In this document: positions 40,378 through 55,927 of the stretch, piece by piece
Numbering within the stretch: position 1 is the stretch's first letter
Layout of the letters: each line of letters opens with the position of its first letter
From: Eledone cirrhosa
Lineage: Eukaryota
Assembly: GCA_964016885.1 (NCBI GenBank)
Contig: OZ024741.1
Location: 327,422,001 to 327,486,000, forward strand
DNA length: 64,000 bases
Direction of reading: 5' to 3'
Translations under genes and position numbers: made by a program
The notes under the pieces: model-generated
Databases searched by the model: none
What the model saw: only the letters and a program-made list of their open reading frames with translations
What the model was told of the DNA's origin: nothing

Positions 40378-42725
40378 TGACCGACCCATTGCATGCCAGA
40401 ACCTGGTGTATAAGATGTATACAGCCTGCCTGAACCTATTCCTCCAAGAAAACTGTGAAAATAATAATATCATCATGGATGAACACACAGCTGGAAAGAA
40501 AGCCGTTTAGGGATGTGCTGAACCACTCCTAGTCAACAAAACTGCGATGTCGGAGGTGCGACAACTTAGGAGGAATATGGTTAAAGTCTGGTTGGACTAC
40601 AGGAAAACTTTCTAATCTGTTCCCCACTCTTGGATGATTGAGGCCCTCCAACTTGCTAAAGTCCCAGACATTATTATCAGAACCATAGAGAAGCTGTCTT
40701 CTTCTTGGGCTACTATCCTAAGGTTAAAGACAGAGAAGGAGGATTCTGTTTTCACTGATAAAATATAATATCGCAGGGGTATATTTCAGGGAGACAGTCT
40801 ATCTGTGATATTATTCATCCTGTAATTAAACTCCTTGTCCTTTCTGCTCAAGAAATGTGAAGGATAAATCATTGGCTCACAGGAGGACAGAAATACGAAC
40901 CTAACCCATAATTTCTTTGTGGATGATCTGAAACTCTATGCCAAGATCATGGATGGGATGAAGAAAAATCTTGACCTGGTTACAAAGTTCTCAAAGGATA
41001 TAGGAATGGAGTTTGGCCAAGATGAATTATCATATATGACTGTAAAGCGGGGAAAAGCAACAACCCAATCTATCAACATTGTCATCAATGGCCTAACTCT
41101 TTCACCGATATCTGCTGAGGACTGCTACAGATACCTGGGGATAGATGAGAACATATCCTATAATGGTATCTGTAATAAAGAACGCGTAACCAGGGAATAC
41201 TACACCCGATTAAGAAAGATTTGGTCATCGGAACTCTCTGCGCAAAACAAAACAGGGGCTCACAATGTGTTTGCTGTGCGTGTCCTAATACCAACGTTTG
41301 GAATACTCAATTGGACGATAGACGAAATCCGAGCAGTTGATGTTAGAACTCGAATGATACTAAACAACACCGGAAACTTCCACATCAACAGTGACATAGA
41401 CCGCCTTTACTTGAAACGTAAGCAGCGAGCCAGAGGCCTAACATCAATCCAGACAGCATTTGAATGTCGCATCATATCCCTCCGACAACATCTACGAACC
41501 TCGAAGCGTAGGAGCTCGTCTCTCGAGCAACTCTATATACATGAAACAGATAAGATAATGAGAGTTGGGAAGGAACTCCTTGAGAGACATTCCCTGAGTA
41601 ATAATAAAAAACTCACACCCAGGAAGTCGCTCAGCAGTATCACAGTGAATCCGTGGATGAAAAACTGCATGCTTATCAGCAAAAAATCATGCATGGATAT
41701 GTTGCCAGGAAGCTCCAGAGTGAGAGAAATATAGATAAGGAAAGTGGTCTATCTTGGACCAACAACCGCTATATTGGCTCCCACTTTGAAGGATATGCTA
41801 CTGCAATCGAAGAACAGGAAGTTAACACGAAATACCTGATTCACAAAATAGATAGGGATGCAGGCAAAACACCTAGATGTGATAACAAGTGGAGACTCTG
41901 CAGAACTAACATCGAAGATATCACCCATGTCATCAGCAGCTGTCCAAAGATGACATCGCGGTACTATCTACCTATGAGGCATGATGTAGTGGCCAAACAC
42001 TGTACAATGCAATTCGTAAAAAAGATAGCCCTGATAATAAGCACATTAAAAGCTAAAGCAATGTGGAAGACATCCATGTACATAATATAAAAGAGTACTG
42101 GTGGAATGTTCCAGTAAAAACCTCCAATAAAATGCAGACATAACAGACCAGATATTATGATATGGGAAAGGGAGAAGAAAGCATGCACTGTAGTGGAAAT
42201 TAACTGCCCAGCAGATGCCAATATAATATCAAAGATTAGCGAAAAGGAGAATATTTATGCAGAACTGATGAGAAATCTGCAGATACTCGACCCTGATTAC
42301 ACCTTCAGATTTAAGCCTGTGATTATTGGGGCACTGGGGTATGTTAGTAACTGTCTCAATACAAATCTTGAGAAGCTAGGCTTCACAGGAACAGAAAGAA
42401 CACAACTAGTTAGGAAATTAAAAGTACAATCCATTAATGGAACAGTAAAAATATGTAAAACATTCCAAAAATGTTGCATCTAATGACTGCATATACACAT
42501 GTACAGATACAAAGCATATACACATGCACACATAGAACTCAAAACATCCACATCCACACATACAATAACATCCATATCTACACATGCGTGAATGCAGGCA
42601 TACATACATATCTACCTAGTTTATGTTGTGTAAATTCCAATGAGAGAGTCTTGTGTCTATGTTAGAAACCGACTCTCTCTCTATTGGGAAAACATTTGTG
42701 GAATTATAAAACCAGAAGTACATAT
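40378..42725 (+). mobile_element. R4/Dong-like RLE non-LTR retrotransposon, 5'-truncated and disrupted (RT-zinc knuckle-RLE)
   Basis: Motifs: RPIACQNL, GIFQGDSLS, FVDDLKLYA, YRYLG, RLYL.R...RGL, (C)RLC...EDITHVISSC, RHD, NRPDIMIW..VVEINCP. A 3' UTR-like piece at 42610-42725 is also found at 37680-37790. Confidence 0.9.
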
Positions 42726-42959
42726 ATACATTCATACATGCACAAATACGTATATACATAGATACATAATCACACATACACATATACAAACATACATACA
42801 TACATATATACGTTCATATATACATACGTACATACATACATACGTTTATACATATACACATACATATACGTACATACATACATGCATTCGTACATACACA
42901 CATACAATCAGACATACATACACAGATACGTATATACATATATTCAAACCTACATATCA

Positions 42960-43430
42960 AAAGCAGGTATTGAGTTAGAAACTATATTCGGCTCCGTTAA
43001 TTCGTAGAGCTATTTCAAATGTCGTGTAGATCCAACTGCTATATTTAGTGGCGTGCGTATGCGCGGCACGCTAAGTTCGGGAATCATGTGCGTTATATAT
43101 ATACACACATTTTCCAGTTTTCTATTTGATTTAGTAGTGAGGAGGATACTAATTTCTTCACCCACTGATGAGCCTGGAACTTGGTATATCTCTTCACAAA
43201 TAATATTGTGAAACTGTTCTATCAAAGACCGCCTGGATGATGGTAGTTACCACAATACTGGTTTGTACTTATTTTTCTTAATTTATTCTTAAATTGAGTC
43301 TAGCAAACCCTATTGTCTGTAGTTAGTATTTTTTTCACCTTAGCGATTTTGGTTCATTACGATTTGAACACATATATATATATGGCTGTGTTCGTTTTTC
43401 CTATTTGTTCAGTTAGAAACCGAGATATAT
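42960..43430. repeat. Dispersed repeat family (also 51164-51470 and 63472-63625)
   Basis: Shared segments ttattcttaaattgagtctagcaaaccctattgtctgtagttagtatt and aagca.gtattgagttagaaact. Confidence 0.7.
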
Positions 43431-44429
43431 ACTTTCATATAGGTATATAATAACATGTAATAGTCGTAAAAATCAGTATTGAAACCTAGGTTTGGCAATT
43501 GCAATAACAAAAGGCATGACCTAAAGTAGAAAATTGACGTTTATTATAAAACAGTCTTTATTAGTATTAGTAACATTGTTCACCATACCTGTTGTTGTTT
43601 TATTTCTTCGTTGGCAAACATAACATCCAAACTCACAGACAGGTCGTATGGAATGGATTTTACCCATTTACCTGAGAATTTTGGCACACTCTGATCTACT
43701 GATGGCATTTCATTGTAGTCCGATAATCGGTAGAGTTTTATGGCGGTTTGCAGTCTGTCTCTGATGATTTAGTATTTTAGTCGATATATTTAATCAGTAA
43801 TGCAAACTGGAGTGCGCTGAAGGATCGACAAACTTGTTGATGATGATGATTATGAGTTGGAGGAGGAGGCAGATGAGGGTGATGAGGATGGTGTTGAAAA
43901 GTAGACACTAGAGAAATACGTAATAAATGAATCATTAATAGTAAGACAGTTAGACAAATTCACCGCTAGATACAATAACACATACAGATACAAAAACATG
44001 CGCACACATAACACCAAAACCTACAAAAACTCACGTAACCTTGATCGTACACATTGACAGAGAGATAAAATAACACATACAGATACAAAAACACACGCAC
44101 GCATAACTACAAATCTTACAAACACACACGTAAACTTGATCGTACAATCTGACAAACTTACAGAGAGATACAATAAGACGTAGAGATACACATACACACG
44201 CACCCCGCCACACACACACACTCGCAGACACACACACATACACACACTTCATTACACAGACAGACACATTCATATACACAACCCACCCAAACACATACAC
44301 TTGATTGGGTAGAGAGACAAATGAATAAAACACACACTGACTCAAGAAAATACACACTGGTTGACATAGAAACACACATATATAGTTACAAGAACACACT
44401 CATTTTATAGAAAAATGAAAGCTATCTTC

Positions 44430-45078
44430 CTCACCATCAACAGTTTCAACACCATCAAAATCTACATCATCATATCCAATACGACACAACTGTCCACAAT
44501 GTCAACGCCAACATCATCACCATCGCCTCAACTTTAATCATCGCCAATACCAACACCACCTCCACCACCACTACTGCCATTACCACTAACTCAGTCCATA
44601 TTATCACCATCACCACCACTACGAATATCACTACTAGCACTATCACTACTACTACCACTACCACCACCATCACCACTACACACTAGCACTACAAACACCA
44701 CCAATCTCGCCACTACCACTGCTTCCGCTACACTCATCATTTATCACCCCTACTATCAGCATTACACCCACGACCACCGCCACCACCACCACTTCCACTA
44801 CCACAACCACTACTACCGTCATTACCTCCACCACAACTTCCCCCACCACCATTACCATCAGGACTTCTCCCAGCACCACTACCGACATTGACAATCCTAA
44901 CGTTGTCACCACCAACACACCAAACGCTACTATCGGCATCATAATTGTCATCCCCTTCATGCTCATTCCCATCCCCTTCCACATTCTTCTCATCATACTT
45001 ACCAGCATCATCACCTTCAACTTTTCTATCATCAAGAACAGCAACAACAATATCATCACTAACCCGTTTCTCATCACT
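44430..45078. repeat. Degenerate (ACC/ATC/ACT)n trinucleotide low-complexity tract
   Basis: Read directly from the sequence. Confidence 0.85.
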
Positions 45079-45984
45079 AATTGTGTATCTAGTGCGCCTT
45101 TGATCTCCTAGAAATAGCAGCAAAGCCACGCATCATTGCATGTTTTGCAAAATTAAAATCAACCAAATCGATCATTACATAAAACAGATTTAGTTACTCC
45201 CATATTCTCGGGAGTGTCGTGGTTGGAATACGTTTGTGAATATCATCTCGAGCAGAGTCTACTTTAGGCTATACAACAGTAACGGCCACAACAACTACAA
45301 TGAGCAATGAGAAAATTCTGATTAAATTATCAGTGATTGATCTTTGATCGGTTTCAGCAACGAACATTCAGTATTTCGATCAACTGAACGACCAAGTCGT
45401 TAATCAACTTGTAAATGGCTGTGTAATCCCCTGCTACAAGTGTGGACAGTTACAATAATTCACAATAGTAAATAAGGTGATATAATATGCGATAGGGCCG
45501 GACATTAGTTTTACAAGTAGAATGCATCCAAAGGCTTTTCCACAATTTCCGTTTACTCAATTGCGTTGACAAGAGAACAGGCAAAGGGATCCCAACAAGG
45601 GACGTCGTGGTTGTAAAGTGATCATCTAAACTAGTTTGCCATTTTATGGACAGGGTCCATAATTATAATTTAAAATAATGGTTACCAAGAAGGAGGTGAA
45701 AGTGGATTACATGGCCCACATTATTTAATTCGTATTTTATTTTATTGACCCCAGAAAAAATGAAACGCAATGTTGATCTCAGAAGGATTTGCCTCAGAAT
45801 ACACAAAATCCCAAAACACAAATAAGGCAAAGCATTTACTCTGAAGCAGGCATCAATTTGCCAATGCACCATCCTGTCCTGATTTAAAATAATCGTTTCT
45901 ACCCTAGGCGCAGGGCCAACACATTTTACGGAACGAAGGCGTTGTTTAAATTTGCTTAGTGGCATGTTATTTTATCGATCACAA

Positions 45985-46462
45985 TATAATTCTACTGCTT
46001 TAGGCACAAGATCAACAATTTTGGGGATGTAAAATGTTAATTAAATTAAGCCTAGTACTTTACTGATACTTTATTTGACCGACCCCTTAAGGATGAGATA
46101 CAAAGCTAACTTTAGTGGTATTTGAGATGAGAAAGTAGCTTTATGCCGCGCAGCATAGTATCCGATGCTCTATCGATACTGCCGACCCACCACCCTAAGT
46201 GACCAAAAAATAATGAAAAGCGAAGTTGACTTCGGCGGGATTTGAACTGTGACTAAAGATTGAATCGGATTAAAAATAATTGTTTCTACATTTGGCACAA
46301 GGCCAGCAATTACCCAGTGCATTACTGGTACTTTATTTTATCGACCCCGTAAGGATGAAAGGCAAAGTTAACCTCGGCGGGATTTGAACTCAGAATGGCA
46401 AGGACCGTAACTCTATGCGTCAAAGCATGGCGTCCAACCCTCTACCGATACTGCCAATCCAC
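45985..46462 (-). mobile_element. Cluster of tandem octopus-type tRNA-derived SINEs (best copy 46272-46462)
   Basis: Minus strand reads gtggattggcagtatcggtagag..ctgagttcaaatcccgccgaggttaac (A and B boxes). A close copy is at 56928-57118 (+) and a degenerate copy at 47440-47565. Confidence 0.82.
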
Positions 46463-47733
46463 AATCGGATTTAAAATAATATTGAACTATTGAATAAAAA
46501 AAATAATAAAATAACTCTCCCAGGAACTCTTTTGCCGCATCATTCTTCAATGAAATTCATTTTCAGATTGATATACTCAAGTTGGCATTGGATTGAAATT
46601 AATCAAAGGAATGTAATGCCAGTCCGCCATTTTGATTTGGCATCGAACTCACAGAAATCGGATAACGTATATTTCCTGCTTCTTTTATGATTGAGTAGCC
46701 ATCTTGGCGAATCACCTATCCCACAGACACAGGTGAGAAATAGAGAGGTGGAGGAAAGTGAGGAGAGATGTAGAGGGGGGAAAGAGAAGAAATGTTGAAA
46801 AAGAGAGAGAAGAAATGAAGAGAGAGAGAGAGAGGAAATAAAGCTGGACAGACATACCACTGAATAGCTAGATCGATAGGTCGGTGAAATTGCTACCCAG
46901 ATATAAACAAACATGCACACAACCACACAGAAGGAAACACACACAGACGCACACACACGCACACACAGATACATACACTGACATATTGGCACACACACAC
47001 ACATGACATCATTTCTATTTTTCCGCCAATGTATTTGCAGCGATTTACACTGCTTTGGACAAGCACACGCAGCAATATGCAAGACAGTCATGGCTCATGA
47101 TTATTTTATTGAATAACTCAGATTGTGTAACAGGAAAATGCTCTTCCGCAACTAAAAACTTATCTAAAAAAATGAAAAAGCTATGTTATGGTATCCTTTG
47201 GTCGTGGCTGACAATAGTGTTGCACTTGAGTATTCCTTTCAAATCAAGTTTAGATAAAGTATGTTGTGGTTGAATAGTCGCTCATATATGCAAGGATCCA
47301 CGTCAAGGATGCTGGCCATAAGAAAGGCACAGGCCGATACAAAACGGCACCAGTGATGCCGCAGGCCAAATGAGGACCCAAACCGCCAAACAATTACCAC
47401 AGTGTATCATATTCAACCCTTTAACAAAACTGCTGACAGCCTGTGATTGTAATTTATTTTACCGACCCCAAAACTATTAAAGGTAATGGCCATCTCGGTT
47501 GGATTTGAATCTGGAGTGCCGCGCGCGGCAAAAAGTACTACACGACATTTTAATCCGATGCTCTGATGACTGATGATTCGACTTTACAAGTGACATAATG
47601 CGGTAATTCATATTTTGGCTTAAATTCTAAATATCGACTTCCTCAGTGCTCCGAGTGCTAACTGTAGATTCAATCAAATTTCAATTCAATAAAACCGCAG
47701 TTTGAGGTATGTTCTACTAAGCTTGGATCGTAG

Positions 47734-47775
<42 letters not shown>

Positions 47776-47928
47776 CATATATATATATGTTAAGTATTTC
47801 CGTAGAAAAGGTAAAGGAAAAAAGAGTGTTCTATGTACAGAGCTATTTAATTACATAATAAACAACACAATATAATTATCCCATTACCAGAGGTTTCAGA
47901 CCTTAATTATATTGTGTTGTTTATTATG

Positions 47929-47975
<47 letters not shown>

Positions 47976-48217
47976 TGGATTCTACATGTTCTTGGCGGTG
48001 TTGAACTCAATGTTGCCTTGAAAAGATGGTTTCAGTAACATTGAGCGGTATGCCCTTTAGTTTATGTGGTAAGTTCTCATCGCATAGAGTTTCTTCCTAG
48101 AATCTGCTCAAGTTACAGTCATTTATACATACGTGTGTATTGAATAATGAAAATAAAGAAAAGTCTGAGATCGGTAGTTAACAACCTATCTCCGACATTT
48201 GTTTTATTTTCATTAGT

Positions 48218-48340
<123 letters not shown>

Positions 48341-48342
48341 CA

Positions 48343-48428
<86 letters not shown>

Positions 48429-49326
48429 TAAATATATATCGTCAGTTAAATAATTCTATTATGCAAGATAAGCAAGTTATAATTGACTTTTAATTAATAC
48501 ACCTGTCAAACGGAACAAGGCCACTATTTTGAATGTGAAACTATTCCATTTTGGAAGACTTTTATGCAAATTGCATAAACAATGTGTAGAATTCGATCAG
48601 AGATTAAGGAATTATAGCTGTATGTGTAGCGAAATGCATAAAGTGAATTCACAGCCACTGCATAAGCAGTTGAATTAGATGGGGCTACATAAGCACATAC
48701 CATCTATTCAGTTGTTTGTGGATTTGTGGAGCCGATCTGAATGAGAGTCAATGCCACACATATTGTGATGATAGGGTTATCTTCATGCATATAGCCTACA
48801 TTGAATATATACTGAGAATGCGTAATGTTAATATGCTGTAAATACTTACACCGTGATATAATTGTGGAAAAATGAAGCTCTACAAATTATAGCTTTTTGC
48901 CTATATAATATCTGATATATATATAAAGCATCATATGAATGAAACAGTGATATTTCAGTCTACACTTATATAACTGCTGCTCCCTCTGATTAATTTTAAT
49001 CTAGGTAGAGTTGTTCATTTAGATGTTTTTGTGGATCTATTTCTAACCTCCCTCGCTTTTGACGTGAGACCTACAATTTCAAGACTAAAGGCACTTGGAA
49101 TTTTATTCAAAATATTAGCGCGTCTTTTTGATATGAGATGGTTTACACAGCAAAACCCTCACACACATGTAAGAACACAATGCATTTCTCTTGAATTTTT
49201 GTTGTAAAAGCCATAATATATGTTTTAAGACTATTGTTTACAGATGAGTGTTTGGCACCTTAATTTATTAATTAATTATTTTAATTAACACCTATTTCTT
49301 TACTAAACCGAAAACGCGGTATAAAA

Positions 49327-49441
<115 letters not shown>

Positions 49442-50268
49442 ATTTTTTAATTGTTGATATCCAACAGTAATTCAAAGATTCTTCACAAAATCTGTCACTG
49501 TGAATTCTGTTACGAATTACAGAATTACATTAATGTTAAGCGCACCTGTGAAATTTTCACTCTCTTTCAAATTAATTTCACCTGTCAGCTTTGCCATTCA
49601 TCATACAACTGGGACATATACAAGACTCGACGTACAAGACTCGACGAAATTCCAAATTACAATCCAAAGATTTATAACCTCTGAGGAGGTCTTGATAGGA
49701 GCATCCTGATATACTGTTACTTAGGCATTCTAAACCAGGTAGAATCTTTACTTCTTTAGATTTGAGCTTAGCCGATTAGTTTCAAATAGAGAGAACGAGA
49801 AAGAGAGAGGGGGAGTGAGAGAGAGAAAGAGGGAGAGAGAGAAGGAGAGAGAGAATAAGGGATACAAGACTGGTTTCGTCATTTGTCGGCCTGGTTGGGA
49901 GGAATTAAAAATGTTGTCGTGGGCAGGATTTGAACATGGGGATATAAAACTGAAACGAACATCGCACATCATTTTCTGTGTATAGCTATGATGAATTATA
50001 AACATGGACAAAGGTTCTCTCGCTTGGCAGTCATACAGCGTACGATACAACCTGAAATGATGGTAGAAATAAAATAAGTTTCGTAATGTTTAATTATTGC
50101 TTTATAGTATTTGCTAGCGTTTTCTAATGTTATTGTCACATTCTCTGACGACAATATGGCTTTTGCTGTTAAAGTCATTGTTGATGGTATTCTATTTTAT
50201 TCTAGACTACTGGAAACCTCGGTATGCTATATTGTTTCTGTTTCTTTTTTGCTATAAGCATTCTTCGA

Positions 50269-50300
<32 letters not shown>

Positions 50301-50301
50301 A

Positions 50302-50338
<37 letters not shown>

Positions 50339-50572
50339 ATGTGTGTGTGTGTGTGTGTGCGTGTACGCGCGAGCGTGTACGCGCGAGCGTGTGTGTGTAT
50401 ATATACGTATGTATCGGCTGCCTGTCACTTCACAGCCATTTATATAATTGCCTGGCCCTTATAACGTATGTTATTTGTTCTGGCTTCTTTCTAGTCCATT
50501 GAGCTCTTACCGGCATATCTCGAAAATTGCGTTTCGGTTTGTTTTTGCCGCCACCGAAATACGATCCCGCTG

Positions 50573-50626
<54 letters not shown>

Positions 50627-51124
50627 TACACACATAAATATGCATACAAGCACACGCACATACATACATACAAAATAAGGACCATTACGTAAAATAGATT
50701 TGGTTTATGTATATCCCTTTTTGATTTGTTTTCAATAGATGCTTACATATATAATATAGTTTATCACCCAGTAAGTCAGTGGTTAAATGCTGATGATAAA
50801 CATAACGAAAATGTATATACACACGCATTATTCCCCACATAATCCACCAACCGCGAACACATTGACAATGAAAACAAAAAAAAATCAAATTATACTTATT
50901 GCCATGTTCATCGTTAGCTATTCTTAATCCCCCTTTATTGTGTAATCCCATTATATGTGTATACGTCAATCTTAGAGCCGTAAATTCACTTGAAATATCG
51001 TGATGTGTTCAACTTCTCTGTTTCAACAAGGCTAATCACCATTAATCTTGTTTTAATAGTACTTAAACAGGCATGCATACTCACATAATCCTTTATAGTA
51101 AAACATATATTCGAGTATATATAA

Positions 51125-51163
<39 letters not shown>

Positions 51164-51540
51164 AAAGCATGTATTGAGTTAGAAACTCGAAATAGTCTCA
51201 TTTCAGTAGAATTAGCTCTAGGAAAAAGTGTTTTCCGAGCTGTATTGTATAACTGAACAAAAAAGAAAAACGAACACAGACATATGCATGTATGCGTTGA
51301 AATCGTAATGGACCAGAAATGCTAAGGTGAAAAAAATACTAACTACAGACAATAGGGTTTGCTAGACCCAATTTAAGAATAAATCAAGAAAAATAAATAC
51401 AAACCAGTATTGAGGTAACTACCATTCACCCGGACGCTTATTGATGGAACCGTTCCGCAAAATTATTTATACATGCATACTTACATTTAAGTAAGTGCCG
51501 TACTAAGAGTGAGATATGAAATTTCGTTTCATTCTATTCC

Positions 51541-51615
<75 letters not shown>

Positions 51616-51822
51616 TGTTAAACAATATTCAATGAGTATGTCAAAGAATGAGTTTTACATTAGATTGGAAGCACTCTACGAGAAAATAATTTTCCGGACT
51701 TATTAATATTAAAATATAAATATTATAAAATAGATGTTCTTTTGATCAATTACATTTCATTAAACAGGTAGTACCTTGATTAAATCTTAAACATTTAACA
51801 TCTCAGGTTATGTCATGTATCA

Positions 51823-51883
51823 TTATATTTTGTCTGAAGAGGACGTACTTTTGTACATCTGAAATATGTATAATAAAATGTAA
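51823..51883 (+). ncRNA. Type I hammerhead ribozyme motif within a small inverted-arm element (51700-51925)
   Basis: uuauauuuugu-CUGAAGA-ggacguac uuuu guacaucu-GAAA-uaugua-UA-auaaaauguaa, with an 11-bp stem I including G.U pairs. Confidence 0.88.
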
Positions 51884-51940
51884 TTGATCAAATTAACATC
51901 TATTTTATTAATATTTATATTTTAATATATATATACATAT

Positions 51941-52011
<71 letters not shown>

Positions 52012-52080
52012 ACAATTGTTTATATATATATATATAAAAACAATATATATATATATAAACAATTGTTTGTATATATATAT

Positions 52081-52128
52081 ATGCAACAATTGTTTCTTCC
52101 AAACTTAGGTATGGCGTCCTCGGAGCAT
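52081..52128 (-). ncRNA. Hammerhead-like motif (CCGAGGA core, palindromic CAAUUG) at the 3' end of a PLE
   Basis: augcu-CCGAGGA-cgcca..uggaa-GAAA-CAAUUG-UU-gcau. Confidence 0.6.
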
Positions 52129-54650
52129 TATCAATGTTTTTTCATATAATTAACCTCCTATTCAACTGAAGAATCATACAGATACATATATATTGATGTT
52201 GTGGACAACAGTTTCATGTTTACAGTGTGGAGTGGATGCGACATATATTATATTATACGAGAATTGCACAATAATTAAAATTAAGATTAAAATTAAAATT
52301 AAAATTAAAATTAAAATTAAAATTAAAAGCATAGGGTTGAATAATGCGTCAGATAATACAGACAATACAAGAGAATAGTCTAATAATTAAATTAGAGAGA
52401 TAGTACATGCGTTAGTCATATATAAAGGAATGGAACAAGCAAATGTATAATGCATATATGAGTACTGCATGGCAGGTTATTACATAAAATACAAGCACTT
52501 CAAGCGAATATGTTAGTGTATTATGGTGGATGCAATGCGAGGATATTTTCTGTATAGTTCAAATTTGTATGTGTGTAGAATATGAAAGTTACAGATTTCA
52601 CATCCATTACATAAGTTAAAATATATTTGTATTGAATGTTTGTTATAGCAATGGATTGTACATTAGTGTTATGTAATCCATATTTATGGAGTAGAGTTGT
52701 TTAACCGCGGGAATTTTCAAAGGTTTAATATCCGGAAGTGGATATGGAAGTAAGGGGAGCTAATGCGTAAGGGGGGGTAACTAGCTCATTATAATAATTA
52801 AATTCCTTGCTCTAATAGACATTATATAATGCCTCAATTGAATCCCTTATATAAAAAGTTACATATTTATATTTAATTTTAAATACAGTCTACTCACTCA
52901 TAATATATTAAAGGTTTCATGAGATTGTTGTCTACCCTATATTTGGTAAGATATGGAATAACGTATAGCTGTTTGCATGATAAACTAGATACATATCTTG
53001 TGTAAATAAATTAATCCTTTATATACAATGTTATTCATTTATACATCTAATTAAAAATGTATATATAATTCATTGTTCCATATTACATTTAAGTTAGATA
53101 AATCCCTTAAGTTAATAAATTAATCCTTTATATACAATGTTATTAATTTACACATTTATTTATAAATGTATATATAATTCATTGTTACATTTAATATTTA
53201 AAGTTTATATATATTGTATTATATTTCAATCACTATATAATTATAAGTAATCTAAAGTAATTATATTAAAAGGTGGTGACTATAAGAATAATTCTAGAGT
53301 ATAATGTTAGAGATACAAATGATTTGTGTAGAGGAAAGGGTGGATCAGAGAGTGTGATGCAGCGGTGGAAGGTAGGTCTCAGAGGTGAAGTGCTAATGGT
53401 GGCGATGAGTTCAAATATGACATTGTTATATACTAGGTTTAAAGCTTTGGAATGAGTGTCGGAAGCGGTGCTGGCAAGATACAAACACTTCCGATTTTTT
53501 TTATTTAGGAGGTTAAGATTCGAAAATATTAAAGTATGGGTCTCTAGGAGACAGAGGTTACAAAATGTATTAGGTGGTTTATACGATGCAGCCCTACCTA
53601 CTACTTCCCATTGAAGTGTATATGGTGTATTCCTAGTTTTCAGAGAGTGTATGTAGCTAGATAGTGAAGTGGAGTTGGCTAAATTGTGTTTTTTTGAAAG
53701 AGTGGAGGTGCGAGTTGTATCTCGTCTTGAAGCAGTTCGAAGTAGAGCCTATATATGTTTTAGAAGAGTTGTTAGTGTTGACCGTGCAGGAGTAAATGAT
53801 GTCCTTGGTTAAGCAGTTGTTAGCTAAAGGGCAGGTTCTATTTGATCTACAGTTACATTTATTTTTGATGTTATCTTGTCGGTTATTATGTTGTTTAGAA
53901 GTTTTGTGGCTAGGGATAATATTAGGGCTATGATGGTTGTCGTTCCTAATGTTATTGATATCATTAGTGTTATTACTATTATTACTATTACTATTAGGTT
54001 TTGTAGTTATTATGTTGTTCTAAAAATTTACCTCCTGCTGTGTTTTAATTTGTTGAAAATAAGTATTAATCTTTCTTTTATTACTACTAGCTATATGGTA
54101 TGTTAGGTGTGGTAGAATAAGAGATTTTAATGGTGTTTTTATTTATAAGATCATGTTACTTGTGGCCAGATGGGAAGTTTTTCTCTAGGATTGAGAAGAA
54201 AGCCTTAGGTAAGTTGGTAGAGACGTTGAGATTGAAAGGAGGATTGAAAAATGTATTAGTTCTTCTATTTTTATGTTTATATCTATTGAGGTATTTCTGT
54301 TTATAATATTTTGTTGTCTACTTTGGTGCGAGTTAAGTTTGATACTACCCTTCGTATTCTAATACGGGTGGCTATTATTATTCTTATTATTCTAATAAGG
54401 GTGGCTATTATTCTTATTATTATTTTTCCTCATGGCCATATTGTGAGAAACAATGCTGTAACTATATGATTTTATAGGTAGGAATTCAATCCCATTATTT
54501 TGGCCTGAATTAGCTAATGCCTGATTATAGTATTGTGAATTATTGACGAATATGGTTTCGTTATAAGATGGATTAGAGATTCTATTAGATATTCCTTTAG
54601 TGATTGAGTTTAATATGGATTTAGGGTGGTTAGACTTGTGTATTCTATAT
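52081..54650 (-). mobile_element. Degenerate 5'-truncated PLE (family E, same motif type as families A and B) with a long AT-rich 3' UTR
   Basis: Minus-strand translation gives SNHPKSILNSITKGISNRIS, FFNPPFNLNVSTN, KCNCRSNRTCPLANNC, TSLSSYIHSLK..LQWEVV..FCNLCLLE..LLNKK..CQHR. A tandem ~108-bp duplication lies at 53005-53200. Confidence 0.85.
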
Positions 54651-54904
54651 TACTGCTCTGTAAAACAACTGATGTTCTTACATTGAGCTATTTCTCTTAC
54701 TGGTAATAAGGTAGTAATCAATTACTGACCTTCCCTGTTTATAGTTGTTTATAGTATAGTATATACATACATAAATATAAATAGTATCTTTAATATTATA
54801 TATATATATATATAATCAAGGTTTAGCAAATAAGAAAAAGTTTCAAAATAAATAAAAAAAAATAAATTTAAAAAAATTAACTTTACCTACTATAGTTACC
54901 ATTA

Positions 54905-54980
54905 CCGAATCGGTTTCGAGTCTCAAAAATAAACGGGGTCCATACAGCAACCGTTGCAAAGAAAAACTCTCGTCAGAAGG
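54905..54980 (-). ncRNA. Degenerate hammerhead motif
   Basis: CUGACGA-gaguuu..agacuc-GAAA-ccga-UU, with a poor stem I. Confidence 0.45.
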
Positions 54981-55192
54981 ATCTTTTCATTCGAAGAATA
55001 TAAAATTCCCGAATTCAAATTACGAACTGGCGCTATTGAAAATTGTTCCCGAGATGAGAGAAAATGAAGTGGAATCAATTTTTTCAAGGGCCGATTGTAA
55101 AGATAGAGGCGAGGCAGGCAGGTCAGTCGGCTACCGCTATAACTAGCAGCAGTCAGAACGACTATATTTTTTTTCTCAACCAATAGATATAC

Positions 55193-55243
<51 letters not shown>

Positions 55244-55619
55244 TATTTTAAATACGTCTTGTATCCGTCTTGGATCGCTGTCAACTTTATAATTTTATTT
55301 TATTTTTATTTTTTATATTTTCTTAATCCTTATTTTTTTATTTGCTTATTTGTATGTGACGGCCTACTATGATTATTTATTCTTATTTGTGTGTGTGCAT
55401 ATGTATCCTTTTATATGTGAGTATGTATGCATGTGTGTATATATATATGTGAATGTATGTGTGTGTGTGTAGGTATGTATGTGTATGTGTATATATATGT
55501 GTATATATATATATGTATATGTATATAAATATGTATGTGTGTGCATGTATATATATATATATGTGTATATATATATATGTATATGTATATAAATATGTAT
55601 GTGTGTGCATGTATATATA

Positions 55620-55685
<66 letters not shown>

Positions 55686-55704
55686 TGTTGGTGTGTTTAT
55701 GTAT

Positions 55705-55756
<52 letters not shown>

Positions 55757-55781
55757 AATGTGTGTATCTGTGTATATATAT

Positions 55782-55927
55782 AGAAGAGGAAGACCAAGGT
55801 TAACATATGCTGATGCCCTAAGGACAGACACTGGTCTGTTGGAGATGCAGGATATGGCAGCGATAATGAGGGACAGAGACCGCTGGAGAGAACTCGTCCA
55901 TGGATCTCGGGAATTTTACCCGCCTTA
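55782..55927 (+). mobile_element. RTE-like LINE 3' end fragment
   Basis: Near-identical to 34578-34725 and followed by (TAGA)n. Confidence 0.8.

Noticed and set aside
43161-43225. CUGAUGA...GAAA hammerhead candidate
   Set aside because: No convincing stem I or stem II pairing.
44470-45129. Val/Met-rich and Gly/Asp-rich ORFs, or a mucin-like Thr-rich exon
   Set aside because: This is a degenerate trinucleotide tract with no splice or domain support.
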